The notes under the pieces were generated by a model, which was not told the origin of the DNA, made no database searches, and saw nothing but the letters and a program-made list of their open reading frames with translations. This document shows, piece by piece, positions 23,848-33,808 of a stretch of DNA of 64,000 nt. This DNA comes from Candidatus Oxydemutatoraceae bacterium. GTDB lineage: Bacteria; Pseudomonadota; Gammaproteobacteria; Poriferisulfidales; Oxydemutatoraceae. The DNA lies in contig OZ244717.1 of the NCBI GenBank assembly GCA_965218975.1, forward strand, positions 800,001 to 864,000, written 5' to 3'. Each line of letters starts with the position of its first letter. Positions within the stretch are counted from its first letter, which is position 1. Made by a program: the position numbers and the translations under genes.

Positions 23848-24861
23848 TTGAAATTACAGTTTTACATTTTTCTAGTTATAGGCCTAGTGAGTGTCGGCTA
23901 TTCCATCGGCGTGTATGCGGACGGGTATATTACTCGTCCCGAAGTACAAGCATATATTGGCGATCTGATTCGGGAACATCAATTTGATGAAGCTCGGCTG
24001 ACGCAATTGTTTCGGGAAGTCAAAAAGCAAAACCGGGTTTTACAAATTATTGAAAAACCGGCAGAGAGTAAACCTTGGTATCTCTACCGGAGGCATTTCG
24101 TCAATTCCAACTACATTGACAGAGGGGTGTTATTTTGGCTTCGTCATCAGGCGCTTTTGAGAAAAATTGAAAAGCAACATCAAATTCCGACTGAGATTAT
24201 TCTTGCCATCATAGGTATAGAAACGATTTATGGTGAAAATACGGGCCGCTTTCCAGTGATTGACACCCTCGTAACTTTGAGTTTTGATTATCCGAGACGT
24301 AGTAAATTTTTCCGCAAAGAGCTGACCGATATGTTGCTTCTAGTACGCGAAGAAGGCTATTCGAACTACCGCAGTTTCAAAAGTTCTTATGCCGGTGCGA
24401 TGGGCATCGGGCAATTTATTCCGAGTAGCTACCGCAGGTATGCGGTTGACTTTGACGGTGACGGGCATCGTGATTTATGGGGCAGTATCCCGGACGCCGT
24501 TGCCAGCGTTGCCAATTATTTGGCACGCCATGGTTGGCAGCCCGATCAGCCGGTCGCCAACGTCGTTCATTTTACCGAGCAAAAGAAGGTATTGCGCGAT
24601 CAACTAAACGCCCGGCTTAGACCGCATCTGGGAATGGCTGAGGCGGCTGATCTAGGCATTATTGACCCGCAATCTTCGATTAGTAATCAGTTTGCTTTGT
24701 TTTCTCTTGAGATTGGCAAAGGACATTATCAGTATTGGGCGGGGTACCAAAATTTTTATACTATTACCCGCTATAATCATAGCCGTCGCTATGCAATGGC
24801 AGTCTATCTATTGAGCCAGGCGATCAAAGAGAAATATCTGGCGCGTGTTGGGGAGAGATAA
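23848..24861 (+). CDS. mltB: Lytic murein transglycosylase B
   Basis: IIGIETIYG, SYAGAMGIGQFIPSSY, VDFDGDG, ITRYNHS. Confidence 0.95.
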   Translation: MKLQFYIFLVIGLVSVGYSIGVYADGYITRPEVQAYIGDLIREHQFDEARLTQLFREVKKQNRVLQIIEKPAESKPWYLYRRHFVNSNYIDRGVLFWLRHQALLRKIEKQHQIPTEIILAIIGIETIYGENTGRFPVIDTLVTLSFDYPRRSKFFRKELTDMLLLVREEGYSNYRSFKSSYAGAMGIGQFIPSSYRRYAVDFDGDGHRDLWGSIPDAVASVANYLARHGWQPDQPVANVVHFTEQKKVLRDQLNARLRPHLGMAEAADLGIIDPQSSISNQFALFSLEIGKGHYQYWAGYQNFYTITRYNHSRRYAMAVYLLSQAIKEKYLARVGER

Positions 24862-24864
24862 GGT

Positions 24865-25398
24865 ATGCATTATCGGTATCGTTTGTATTCCGGCGCTATC
24901 ATGGGATTGCTTGTCATCGCTGTCCTATCCGGTTGCGCAGGGAAATCGGCTTATCGGCATGAGGTTCAGCCTATTGTCAAATCGGAAGTGCGACGAATCA
25001 TGCCGTCGGCGGTTTGTTCAGGAACGTCTGCCACTTATGTTGTGAAAAATAAAAGGTATTGGGTGCGTCCCGCCGAAGTTGGGCAGATTGAACACGGGTT
25101 GGCATCTTGGTACGGAGAACCGTTTCATGGACGGCGCACTGCAAGCGGCGAAATCTTTGATATGTACCGTCGCACCGCCGCACATAGAACTTTGCCGATG
25201 TTTTCGACGGTTGAAGTTATCAATTTGAAAAATTTACGTAAAATCGTCGTATCAATTAATGATAGAGGGCCTTTTATCAAAGATCGCCATATTGATTTGT
25301 CTTATTTTGCTGCTAAAGAATTAGGGATGTTGAACGCAGGCGTTGTTCCGGTGGAAATTAAGGTATTAGCTCTTCCGAAGCAAGAAAGCTTGGGTTGA
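24865..25398 (+). CDS. rlpA: Septal ring lytic transglycosylase RlpA family lipoprotein (no SPOR domain)
   Basis: Lipobox LSGC; GLASWYG..FHGRRTASGE, TAAHRTLP, INDRGPF, IDLS. Confidence 0.92.
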   Translation: MHYRYRLYSGAIMGLLVIAVLSGCAGKSAYRHEVQPIVKSEVRRIMPSAVCSGTSATYVVKNKRYWVRPAEVGQIEHGLASWYGEPFHGRRTASGEIFDMYRRTAAHRTLPMFSTVEVINLKNLRKIVVSINDRGPFIKDRHIDLSYFAAKELGMLNAGVVPVEIKVLALPKQESLG

Positions 25399-25405
25399 TC
25401 GTAAA

Positions 25406-26584
25406 GTGATTCGGTGTCTTTTTCTTTCCAACGGTGCGCTGCCGAGTAAGAGATTTATACGCATCTCATTGCTTGGTATTTTTCTGTTGTTGCCGTTCTC
25501 GGTAACCGCTTACGAGGCAATCGTTCCCGACCCACCGCTGTTGTCGGCAGAAAGTTATATTTTGATGGACTATCACACGGCGATGGTACTGGCAGAAAAG
25601 CGTGCGGATGCGGCACATTCCCCGGCTAGTCTGACTAAAGTGATGACCGCCTATGTCGTATATCAAGCGTTGGAAGACGGATTGATTCATTTAAGCGATC
25701 AAGTAAATATCAGCCGGAAAGCACGCCAAGCAATCGGTTCGCGAATGTTTGTTGAGCAAGGATCAAAGGTTGCGGTTGAAGATCTGTTACTCGGTGTTGT
25801 TGTCCAGTCGGGTAACGATGCGAGTATTGCGCTTGCCGAATATGTCGGCGGATCAGAGGCGGGATTTGCCGACCTGATGAATGCGCAGGCAAATCGATTA
25901 GGTTTGACCAATTCTTATTTCATGAATGCCACCGGTTTGTCTGAAAAAAACCACTATATGACCGCACGCGATAATGCAATATTGATCCGGTCTCTGATTC
26001 AAAAATTTCCGACACATTACCGTGTTTATGCGCAAAAGGAATATATCTATAACAACATCCGTCAGTACAACCGCAATCAGCTGTTGTGGAGAAATCTAGG
26101 TGTTGACGGAGTGAAGACCGGCTATACCGAAGCTGCCGGCTATTGTTTTTCGGCATCGGCAAAACGTGACGGGATGCGTTTAATCGCCGTTATTTTAGGT
26201 AGTTCCGGCGAACAGCAGCGACTAGTAGATGCCGAGCGCCTATTTAACTACGGCTTTCGGTTTTATAAGACTTATCGCCTGTATCAAGCGGGCAAATCTC
26301 TGCATCAATTGCGTGTTTGGGGTGGTAAGCAAAAGTATGTTCGTGTAGGAGTGCCGCAAGATTTTTATGTTACGGTGCCGCGCAACGCGACCGGTCAACT
26401 AGAGGTCGAGAAAACTATTCATCAAGCGGTTGATGCGCCGGTAAACTATCATCAGCCCCTTGGCGTTGTTGCTGTTAATGTGACGGAAAAATCCTCGCAG
26501 TCAATGCCTTTAGTAGCGTTAACCCCAGTGCAAAAAGGTAGTTGGATCATTCGTTTGTATGATGCTTTCTTAAAACTATTTTGA
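25406..26584 (+). CDS. dacA: D-alanyl-D-alanine carboxypeptidase (PBP5/6)
   Basis: PASLTKVMT (SxxK), QSGNDA, GVKTGYT; C-terminal PBP5 domain. Confidence 0.92.
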   Translation: MIRCLFLSNGALPSKRFIRISLLGIFLLLPFSVTAYEAIVPDPPLLSAESYILMDYHTAMVLAEKRADAAHSPASLTKVMTAYVVYQALEDGLIHLSDQVNISRKARQAIGSRMFVEQGSKVAVEDLLLGVVVQSGNDASIALAEYVGGSEAGFADLMNAQANRLGLTNSYFMNATGLSEKNHYMTARDNAILIRSLIQKFPTHYRVYAQKEYIYNNIRQYNRNQLLWRNLGVDGVKTGYTEAAGYCFSASAKRDGMRLIAVILGSSGEQQRLVDAERLFNYGFRFYKTYRLYQAGKSLHQLRVWGGKQKYVRVGVPQDFYVTVPRNATGQLEVEKTIHQAVDAPVNYHQPLGVVAVNVTEKSSQSMPLVALTPVQKGSWIIRLYDAFLKLF

Positions 26585-27441
26585 ATCGATTGTCTGCGAT
26601 CGCCTATTTGAACGGCAAATTTTTCCCACTGGAAGAATGTCGTATTTCGGTATTGGACCGTGGGTTTCTATTTGGCGATGGGATCTATGAAGTCATTCCG
26701 GTATATAACCGCAGTGTATTTGAATCCGAGTTGCATTTTGAACGGATGCGCCGAGGGCTTGAAAGAATAGGTATTGCTGTGCCACAGACTGATGCGAAAT
26801 GGCTGGATATTTTTGCCCGCTTAATCCGCGACTCGAAGTGTGACAACTTAGCAATTTATTTACAGATAACCCGCGGTGTCGCACCGCGTAGCCATTACGT
26901 TGTCGATCATATACAACCGACTACATTCGCAATGACTATGGCACTTAGTCGCACGGCAGATGATGTTCTGTGTCAGGGAACCACTGCGATTACCGCCGAA
27001 GATACACGTTGGCATCATTGCGATATCAAAACAATCAGCTTGGCGGCAAATGTCTTATTGCGTAAAAAGGCAGTTGAGGCAAATGCTTACGAGGTCATTT
27101 TGTTTCGTGATAAAGTTTTAACCGAAGGTGCGGCAGCAAATGTCCTTATTGTTTTCGGCACATCTGTTGCTGAGGCGCAGCTTGCGACTCCTCCTAAGGA
27201 TAATTGGATTTTGCCGGGTATCACCCGTGAGGTGGTAAAGCGTCTCGCCGTTGAGCATTCGATTCCGTTTGTTGAAAGACGAATTAGCGAAGAAGAAATA
27301 AAAGCGGCGGACGAAGTATGGCTGACGAGCTCTACCAAAGAAATTTTACCGGTGGTTTCAATTGACGGCCGAACGATTGGCGGCGGAAAACCCGGAGTGG
27401 TACGAGCGCAGTTTAGCCGGTGGTTAAATGCGCTTAAATGA
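26581..27441 (+). CDS. dat: D-amino acid aminotransferase (class IV PLP)
   Basis: DRGFLFGDGIYEV, YLQITRG, DIKTISL, ILPGITR; follows dacA. Confidence 0.88.
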   Translation: MNRLSAIAYLNGKFFPLEECRISVLDRGFLFGDGIYEVIPVYNRSVFESELHFERMRRGLERIGIAVPQTDAKWLDIFARLIRDSKCDNLAIYLQITRGVAPRSHYVVDHIQPTTFAMTMALSRTADDVLCQGTTAITAEDTRWHHCDIKTISLAANVLLRKKAVEANAYEVILFRDKVLTEGAAANVLIVFGTSVAEAQLATPPKDNWILPGITREVVKRLAVEHSIPFVERRISEEEIKAADEVWLTSSTKEILPVVSIDGRTIGGGKPGVVRAQFSRWLNALK

Positions 27442-27581
27442 CCGGGGGATCAGCACAACCCTATTGTCGGCAGCGATTACGAATATCACTGATTGCGGTG
27501 GCGGTGATCATTGCTCCGGACCGTGCTCAACTTGGGGTGTTCTCGATGGGAATTATATACATTCCTAGACAAAGGGGGCAC

Positions 27582-27610
27582 TCGACAAACTCTATCACGC
27601 TTTGTAGTAT
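27582..27610 (+). promoter_or_regulatory. Putative sigma70 promoter for first passenger gene
   Basis: TCGACA-17 bp-TAGTAT, with the ATG 6 nt downstream (possibly leaderless). Confidence 0.4.
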
Positions 27611-27616
27611 CGTCGC

Positions 27617-28174
27617 ATGCCGAAAACATTCTTGGAGAAAACAAAGGGCATATTACGGTTCTTTGGTTGGGAAGCCTTTCAAGCGTGGGTACTCCCATCA
27701 TTATCTGTACCGGTGGCTGTCGTGATAGGTTGGTTGTCATCAGCCCCGTGGTTTTTAGTTTATCTAGGAGCACTGTTCGCCTTTGCAATGACCGCGACTG
27801 GCCTCTTGCGATTTAGTGAATGGCGATTCAAAGTCACGGCACATCACAAGCTGTCATTCTCAAAAATTCTGTTACAGAAAGTGGTATCGGACGAAGGACA
27901 GATGCATAGTATCAAATTTGGTTTTTATCTGTACAACGCAGCCTCTTTCCCTATTGAGTACATCATTCAAGAGATAAGAACCGATTTAGATGGAGAGTAC
28001 TCGCCGAACAAGGAGCATGAGAAGGATGCTTATGTGATTCCGGCATTTGCGTTTGGTTGGTTTTACAATCATGCCATCCCTTTAAGACTTGATCATCCTA
28101 CAGGGAAGTTTGTAGAGGGTGGGCTTCATGCCAAACTCAAGTATGGTCGCCCACAAAACCCTGTCTGCGAATAG
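27617..28174 (+). CDS. Hypothetical membrane protein (IS passenger; possibly truncated)
   Basis: 185-aa ORF with two N-terminal hydrophobic segments. The frame stays open for 24 more codons after the TAG, to a TAA ending at 28249. Confidence 0.6.
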   Translation: MPKTFLEKTKGILRFFGWEAFQAWVLPSLSVPVAVVIGWLSSAPWFLVYLGALFAFAMTATGLLRFSEWRFKVTAHHKLSFSKILLQKVVSDEGQMHSIKFGFYLYNAASFPIEYIIQEIRTDLDGEYSPNKEHEKDAYVIPAFAFGWFYNHAIPLRLDHPTGKFVEGGLHAKLKYGRPQNPVCE

Positions 28175-28301
28175 GAGATCAAGCAAAAGATTATCGTGAA
28201 GTTTAATAATGACGGCGATGTAGAGAACATAGAGTGTTACGACTTATAATCGTCACGAATCTATCAAGGGATGGCCCTTTGCATTTCAGAACTCAAAACT
28301 C

Positions 28302-28330
28302 TTGACACCAACTCCTATTTTTGGTAGATT
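28302..28330 (+). promoter_or_regulatory. Putative sigma70 promoter of transposase copy 1
   Basis: TTGACA-17 bp-TAGATT, followed by AAGGAG before the start codon. Confidence 0.6.
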
Positions 28331-29308
28331 ACTAGACAACAGATAACGACCAAATAAGGAGTGAAGCACATGCCGAAGAAAGCCCCTGGAAAGCATTACC
28401 GAAACGGAATCAGCCTTGTTGAACTGATTGACCGATTCCCTAATGAAGCCTCAGCGCGAGCATGGTTTGAATCTATTCGATGGGCGAAAGGCAGGACGTG
28501 TCCCTACTGTGCATCCGAACACACCAACCCCGTCCCGAACGACAATCCCATGCCTTACCATTGCACGACCTGTCGGAAGTATTTCAGCGTGAGAACGGGA
28601 ACGGTGATGCAATCCAGTAATCTTCCCTTGAGAAAGTGGGTGATCGGGTTCTATCTGATGTCCACAAACCTCAAAGGCGTGTCCAGCATGAAACTGCATC
28701 GGGATTTGAAGGTGACGCAAAAGACGGCGTGGATGATGGCTCAAAAGATTCGGCAAGCATGGGATATGGACAAGGCCTCATTGACTGGGCCGGTCGAAGT
28801 GGACGAGACCTATATCAGGGGGAAAGAGAAGAACAAACACCAGAGCCGGAAGCCGAAGAAACTCAGAGGAACCACGGGGAAGCAGGCCGTCTTGGGGCTG
28901 CGTTCACGTGAGGGTCAGATCACGGCCAAGCCGATTCCAGGCACGGATAGGCAGACATTGTGGGGCGAGATTCAACAGCATGTCGAAAAAGGGAGTACCC
29001 TCTACACGGATGATCATGGAGCCTATCGTGGGTTTGGACTTGTCTGATTACGACCATCATGTGGTCAATCATTCAGCCAAGCAGTATGTGGACGGACAGG
29101 CCCACACCAACGGGATTGAGTCCTTTTGGGCCTTACTGAAACGTGGCTACCACGGGACGTTTCACAAAATGAGTGTCAAACACCTTCATCGTTACGTGAA
29201 TGAATTTGCCGGACGCCATAACATTCGTGAATCAGACACGATTGAACAGATGACATTCTTGGCTCAAGGTGTGGTGGGGAAACGTCTGCCCTATAGGGAG
29301 TTGGTGGC
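28303..29308 (+). repeat. 1,006-bp direct repeat copy 1 (promoter + IS1595 transposase); copy 2 at 31112-32117
   Basis: Direct comparison at offset 2809; at least six substitutions seen. Confidence 0.95.
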
Positions 29309-29312
29309 GTAA
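28361..29312 (+). pseudogene. IS1595-family transposase, frameshifted (copy 1)
   Basis: Zn ribbon CPYC...CTTC, VEVDETY, YTDD, HTNGIESFW, YVNEF. Split into ORFs 28361-29047 and 28908-29312 at CGTGGGTTTGGAC (~29027-29039). Confidence 0.9.
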
Positions 29313-29329
29313 TTGGAACATTTCGTAAG

Positions 29330-30316
29330 ATGAAGAATAACCCACTGCCACGACTCGATAGATCACCAGAATTGCGGAGCAAATTGTTGCCGTATTGTCG
29401 TCTTCAATTAGGAGATATTTGGGTGGATAAAGTGCGTGGTCATCGTGTTGGTTGTCTTGATGCTTCAAATCGTATGGCTGTAGACAGTATTATGGCTGGG
29501 GAACAGGCACAGTTGGCGATTCATGATCCACCGTATAATCTTGCAGCGTTTGAAAAAAGATCAATAACAGAATTTATATCTTGGTGTCAGACATGGGTAT
29601 CTCATACTTACAACGTATTAGCTCCTAATTCTTCGTTATATGTCTGGATCGGTGCTGATCAAAATGATGGATTTCAACCTTTACCCGATTTTGTTCTCAT
29701 GATGCGTGATCAATCTTTTCGTCCACGAAGTCTCATTACGATGAGAAATCAACGAGGATACGGTACTCAAAAAAATTGGATGGCTATTCGCCAAGAGTTA
29801 CTTTATTACACAAAAGGAAATCCTCATTTCTATGTTGATGCCGAATACACAGATATCCCCAAAATCCTTCGTGGGTATTATAAAGAAGTCAATGGTAAGA
29901 CTACGGAAAATCTGGAACGAAGTCGTTCAGATACAATTCGAGCAGGTAATGTTTGGGTTGATGTTCAGCAAATATTTTATCGAATGGAGGAAAATGTTTC
30001 AGGGTGCTACGCACAAAAGCCCATAAAGTGTATTGATAGAATTGTTCGAGCAAGTTCTTCCCCTCATGATGTCGTGATTGATTTTTTTGCACACTCAGGA
30101 ACGACTTTGATTGTATCTGAATTGCTCAACCGAAAATCCTTTACATTTGATGTTGATCCGATCTATGCCGAAATAACAATTCGTCGCCTTGAGCGATTTC
30201 GCTCTACGGGTCTCACGGGATGGCAAAATGGGAATCCTTTTGAGAAGGATGTACCCCACATCGGACTTGGGGAAATAATCATCCCTGAAACTGATTTCCA
30301 AGATACACTTTTTTGA
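29330..30316 (+). CDS. Site-specific DNA methyltransferase (N6A/N4C, beta class)
   Basis: Catalytic DPPY precedes the SAM-binding DFFAHSGTT; QKP motif. Confidence 0.9.
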   Translation: MKNNPLPRLDRSPELRSKLLPYCRLQLGDIWVDKVRGHRVGCLDASNRMAVDSIMAGEQAQLAIHDPPYNLAAFEKRSITEFISWCQTWVSHTYNVLAPNSSLYVWIGADQNDGFQPLPDFVLMMRDQSFRPRSLITMRNQRGYGTQKNWMAIRQELLYYTKGNPHFYVDAEYTDIPKILRGYYKEVNGKTTENLERSRSDTIRAGNVWVDVQQIFYRMEENVSGCYAQKPIKCIDRIVRASSSPHDVVIDFFAHSGTTLIVSELLNRKSFTFDVDPIYAEITIRRLERFRSTGLTGWQNGNPFEKDVPHIGLGEIIIPETDFQDTLF

Positions 30317-30326
30317 GTTTTATCTT

Positions 30327-31136
30327 ATGGAGCGTTTAGAAAAGGTGCTCAATGGCTTGTTGATGCAGCTTTCTAATGAGAGCGACATCAGAGACAGACT
30401 CAGCAATCTTAAATCGGTCTATCCATTCAATGAGTATGAATACATTATATCCCATCTGCTTGCAATGAATGTTCTCACCTTGGATGGTTATTTTGAACTC
30501 CGAGATGAATACATGGAAAGAAATATGTTTCTTTATATTTTTGAAATCAGTGCACCTCGAACTTTTGGAGAATCATGGGCTCAAGGGCATTTGAAAGAGC
30601 TAGTGCAAAGTTTAAAAAAACCATCAAAGAAAATAGACCCAAATTATTCCAGTCAATATGATTTTTATTTAGATGGAATTCGCATTGAAGTAAAAGCCTC
30701 ACGTGTAGTTGATGCGAATTCCGATGAACCGCTTTATGTGAAAGCCCTTTCGTCAGATTCAAAGAAAGAATTCTGGATGAACTTTCAACAAGTGAAACCA
30801 GATTGCTGTGATGTTTTTGTTTGGATCGCTGTTTGGCGTGATGTCATTCAGTATTGGGTATTATCGTCTAATGAAGTCAAAAGAAACCCATATTATTCAC
30901 AAGGCCAACATCGTGGAAATGTCGGTGAAGGTCAATTACATGTCAAACAAGATAATATCGAGGAATTTAAAGACTATAGGGCACAATCTAACAAGATTGA
31001 GGAATCAATTCGTCGTGCATATGTTCGACAAAAAGGAATAACAATGAGCTATGTAAAGCCACAAGATGTTGTCAGTCCACAAGAGCGGTGGAAACTTAGT
31101 CACGTCCTCTATGACACCAACTCCTATTTTTGGTAG
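30327..31136 (+). CDS. Putative PD-(D/E)xK restriction endonuclease; C-terminus fused to a fragment of another gene
   Basis: YDFYLDGIRIEVKAS nuclease-like motif; follows an MTase. Most of the last ~35 aa derive from the 5' region of the gene at 34049, the rest from the transposase promoter region. Confidence 0.62.
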   Translation: MERLEKVLNGLLMQLSNESDIRDRLSNLKSVYPFNEYEYIISHLLAMNVLTLDGYFELRDEYMERNMFLYIFEISAPRTFGESWAQGHLKELVQSLKKPSKKIDPNYSSQYDFYLDGIRIEVKASRVVDANSDEPLYVKALSSDSKKEFWMNFQQVKPDCCDVFVWIAVWRDVIQYWVLSSNEVKRNPYYSQGQHRGNVGEGQLHVKQDNIEEFKDYRAQSNKIEESIRRAYVRQKGITMSYVKPQDVVSPQERWKLSHVLYDTNSYFW

Positions 31137-31169
31137 ATTACTAGACAACAGATAACGACCAAATAAGGA

Positions 31170-32121
31170 GTGAAGCACATGCCGAAGAAAGCCCCTGGAA
31201 AGCATTACCGAAACGGAATCAGCCTTGTTGAACTGATTGACCGATTCCCTAATGAAGCCTCAGCGCGAGCATGGTTTGAATCTATTCGATGGGCGAAAGG
31301 CAGGACGTGTCCCTACTGTGCATCCGAACACACCAACCCCGTCCCGAACGACAATCCCATGCCTTACCATTGCACGACCTGTCGGAAGTATTTCAGCGTG
31401 AAAACGGGAACGGTGATGCAATCCAGTAATCTTCCCTTGAGAAAGTGGGTGATCGGGTTCTATCTGATGTCCACAAACCTCAAAGGCGTGTCCAGCATGA
31501 AACTGCATCGGGATTTGAAGGTGACGCAAAAAACGGCGTGGATGATGGCTCAAAAGATTCGGCAAGCATGGGATATGGACAAGGCCTCATTGACTGGGCC
31601 GGTCGAAGTGGACGAGACCTATATCGGGGGGAAAGAGAAGAACAAACACCAGAGCCGGAAGCCGAAGAAACTCAGAGGAACCACGGGGAAGCAGGCCGTC
31701 TTGGGGCTGCGTTCACGTGAGGGTCAGATCACGGCCAAGCCGATTCCAGGCACGGATAGGCAGACATTGTGGGGCGAGATTCAACAGCATGTCGAAAAAG
31801 GGAGTACCCTCTACACGGATGATCATGGAGCCTATCGTGGGTTTGGACTTGTCTGATTACGACCATCATGTGGTCAATCATTCAGCCAAGCAGTATGTGG
31901 ACGGACAGGCCCACACCAACGGGATTGAGTCCTTTTGGGCCTTACTGAAACGTGGCTACCACGGGACGTTTCACAAAATGAGTGTCAAACACCTTCATCG
32001 TTACGTGAATGAATTTGCCGGACGCCATAACATTCGTGAATCAGACACGATTGAACAAATGACGTTCTTGGCGCAAGGTGTGGTGGGGAAACGTCTGCCC
32101 TATAGGGAGTTGGTGGCATGA
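31170..32121 (+). pseudogene. IS1595-family transposase, frameshifted (copy 2)
   Basis: Near-identical to copy 1 with the same frameshift; has DETYIGG. Stop overlaps the start of the next MTase (ATGA). Confidence 0.9.
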
Positions 32122-33092
32122 AAGAAAGAGCACCAAGAAATCAAACATTGACATGTAGTTTGGAGGAAAAAACGCATTTGTCTGCTAAAATCCTTTATGC
32201 GGATAATCTGAATCATGGTGAGAATGTTGGTGAAAAAATCATTTGTGGTGACATATTTAAGGTTGTAGAAAACCTTCCCCAAAAGTTTGTTGATCTATTG
32301 ATTTTGGACCCCCCCTACAATCTCTCGAAAAACTATAATGGGCATCTTTTCAAAGAAAAAGATAAAGTCGAATACCAAGAATGGTTCGAGCGTGTTGTTT
32401 TGCTTTTAACTCCGACACTGAAATCAACTGCAACCGTATATGTTTGCTCTGATTGGAAAACCTCTATTCTTATTGTTCCAATCCTCGAAACATATTTTCA
32501 TGTTCGCAACCGAATCACTTGGGAGAGAGAAAAAGGACGTGGAGCGAGATCGAATTGGAAAAACAACACTGAGGACATCTGGTTCTGTACGGTTTCCAAT
32601 GATTATTACTTCGATGTGGCTTCTGTAAAATTGAAGCGAAAGGTACTTGCACCATACAGGGTTAACGAGAAACCTAAAGATTGGTATCAGGACGAAAATG
32701 GGAATTATCGTCTCACTTACCCTTCTAACATTTGGACTGATGTAACTATTCCCTTTTGGTCAATGCCTGAAAATACTGATCACCCTACTCAGAAACCTGA
32801 AAAACTCATCGCCAAACTTGTTCTTGCTAGTTCAAAAGAGGGAGATTTTGTATTCGATCCATTTTTGGGTAGTGGAACGACAACCACGATTGCTAAAAAA
32901 CTCGGAAGGAATTTTTGTGGGATAGACATCAATGAGGAGTACTGCTGCTGGGCAGTTAAACGTCTAAAAATGGCCGCTTCCGATAGGACAATTCAAGGAT
33001 ATGTAGACGGCGTTTTTTGGGAGAGAAATTCTCTTGCTGAGCAGCCTGTGAACGTAGCACAATCTTTAAAACAAGAAAAACTTTTGTTGTGA
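32118..33092 (+). CDS. Site-specific DNA methyltransferase (N6A/N4C, beta class)
   Basis: LDPPYN, HPTQKPEKL, DPFLGSGTT, GIDINEEY. Confidence 0.92.
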   Translation: MKERAPRNQTLTCSLEEKTHLSAKILYADNLNHGENVGEKIICGDIFKVVENLPQKFVDLLILDPPYNLSKNYNGHLFKEKDKVEYQEWFERVVLLLTPTLKSTATVYVCSDWKTSILIVPILETYFHVRNRITWEREKGRGARSNWKNNTEDIWFCTVSNDYYFDVASVKLKRKVLAPYRVNEKPKDWYQDENGNYRLTYPSNIWTDVTIPFWSMPENTDHPTQKPEKLIAKLVLASSKEGDFVFDPFLGSGTTTTIAKKLGRNFCGIDINEEYCCWAVKRLKMAASDRTIQGYVDGVFWERNSLAEQPVNVAQSLKQEKLLL

Positions 33093-33757
33093 AATCATCT
33101 TTTTATTACGACGGTCATTATCAAGATGTGGCTGATAAAATTAGAGACTATATCAATGCCTCTCCCGATTTTCTTTCTCCTCAAACAATTGGGAGTCCTA
33201 GAGCTACCGGAGATGCAATAGAATCACTGATTTCAGAAAAGTTTGATACGTTTTTGGGTGACTGGTGTGTTGAATATTCAAGTGATTTTGCTCGTAGGGC
33301 CATGGCTGATCTTGCCTTCACCGATAAGGAACAATTCTATTCTGTTGTTGATGTAAAGACACATAGAGAGAACACGGTATTTAACATGCCGAATCTGACA
33401 TCCGTAGAAAGATTAGCAAGGTTTTATAAAGCGGATGTCAATGTGTTTTCGTTGATCATGGTGAAATATATCATCGACAAGACTCATTTTAGAGCTACGG
33501 AAGTCATTTATTCTCCTATTGAATATCTGGACTGGGGGTGTTTAACGGTAGGCGCATTAGGATGGGGACAGATTCAAATAGCCAATTCCAATTACATTAA
33601 AATAAATCATGGGTATTCACGTAAAAAATGGATGCTTCAATTTTGTGATGTCATGCTCGATTTCTATCCCAAAGAAATTCTGAAAATAAAGGATCGTACA
33701 GGGAGATTTGACACGGTGAAAGCCTATTGGGAAGCAAAAGAAGATGTGTGGAATTGA
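33089..33757 (+). CDS. Putative PD-(D/E)xK restriction endonuclease
   Basis: GDAIE...MADLAF...VVDVKT resembles a PD-(D/E)xK core; GTGA overlap with the upstream MTase. Confidence 0.6.
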   Translation: MKSSFYYDGHYQDVADKIRDYINASPDFLSPQTIGSPRATGDAIESLISEKFDTFLGDWCVEYSSDFARRAMADLAFTDKEQFYSVVDVKTHRENTVFNMPNLTSVERLARFYKADVNVFSLIMVKYIIDKTHFRATEVIYSPIEYLDWGCLTVGALGWGQIQIANSNYIKINHGYSRKKWMLQFCDVMLDFYPKEILKIKDRTGRFDTVKAYWEAKEDVWN

Positions 33758-33808
33758 GAGCATGGAATTCTGTCTTGAATAAGGACTTTGATCAAGTAAC
33801 AATTCATT

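Noticed and set aside
27438-27816. Short overlapping ORFs across the IS1595 left end
   Set aside because: They span the insertion junction or overlap the better ORF at 27617; probably spurious.
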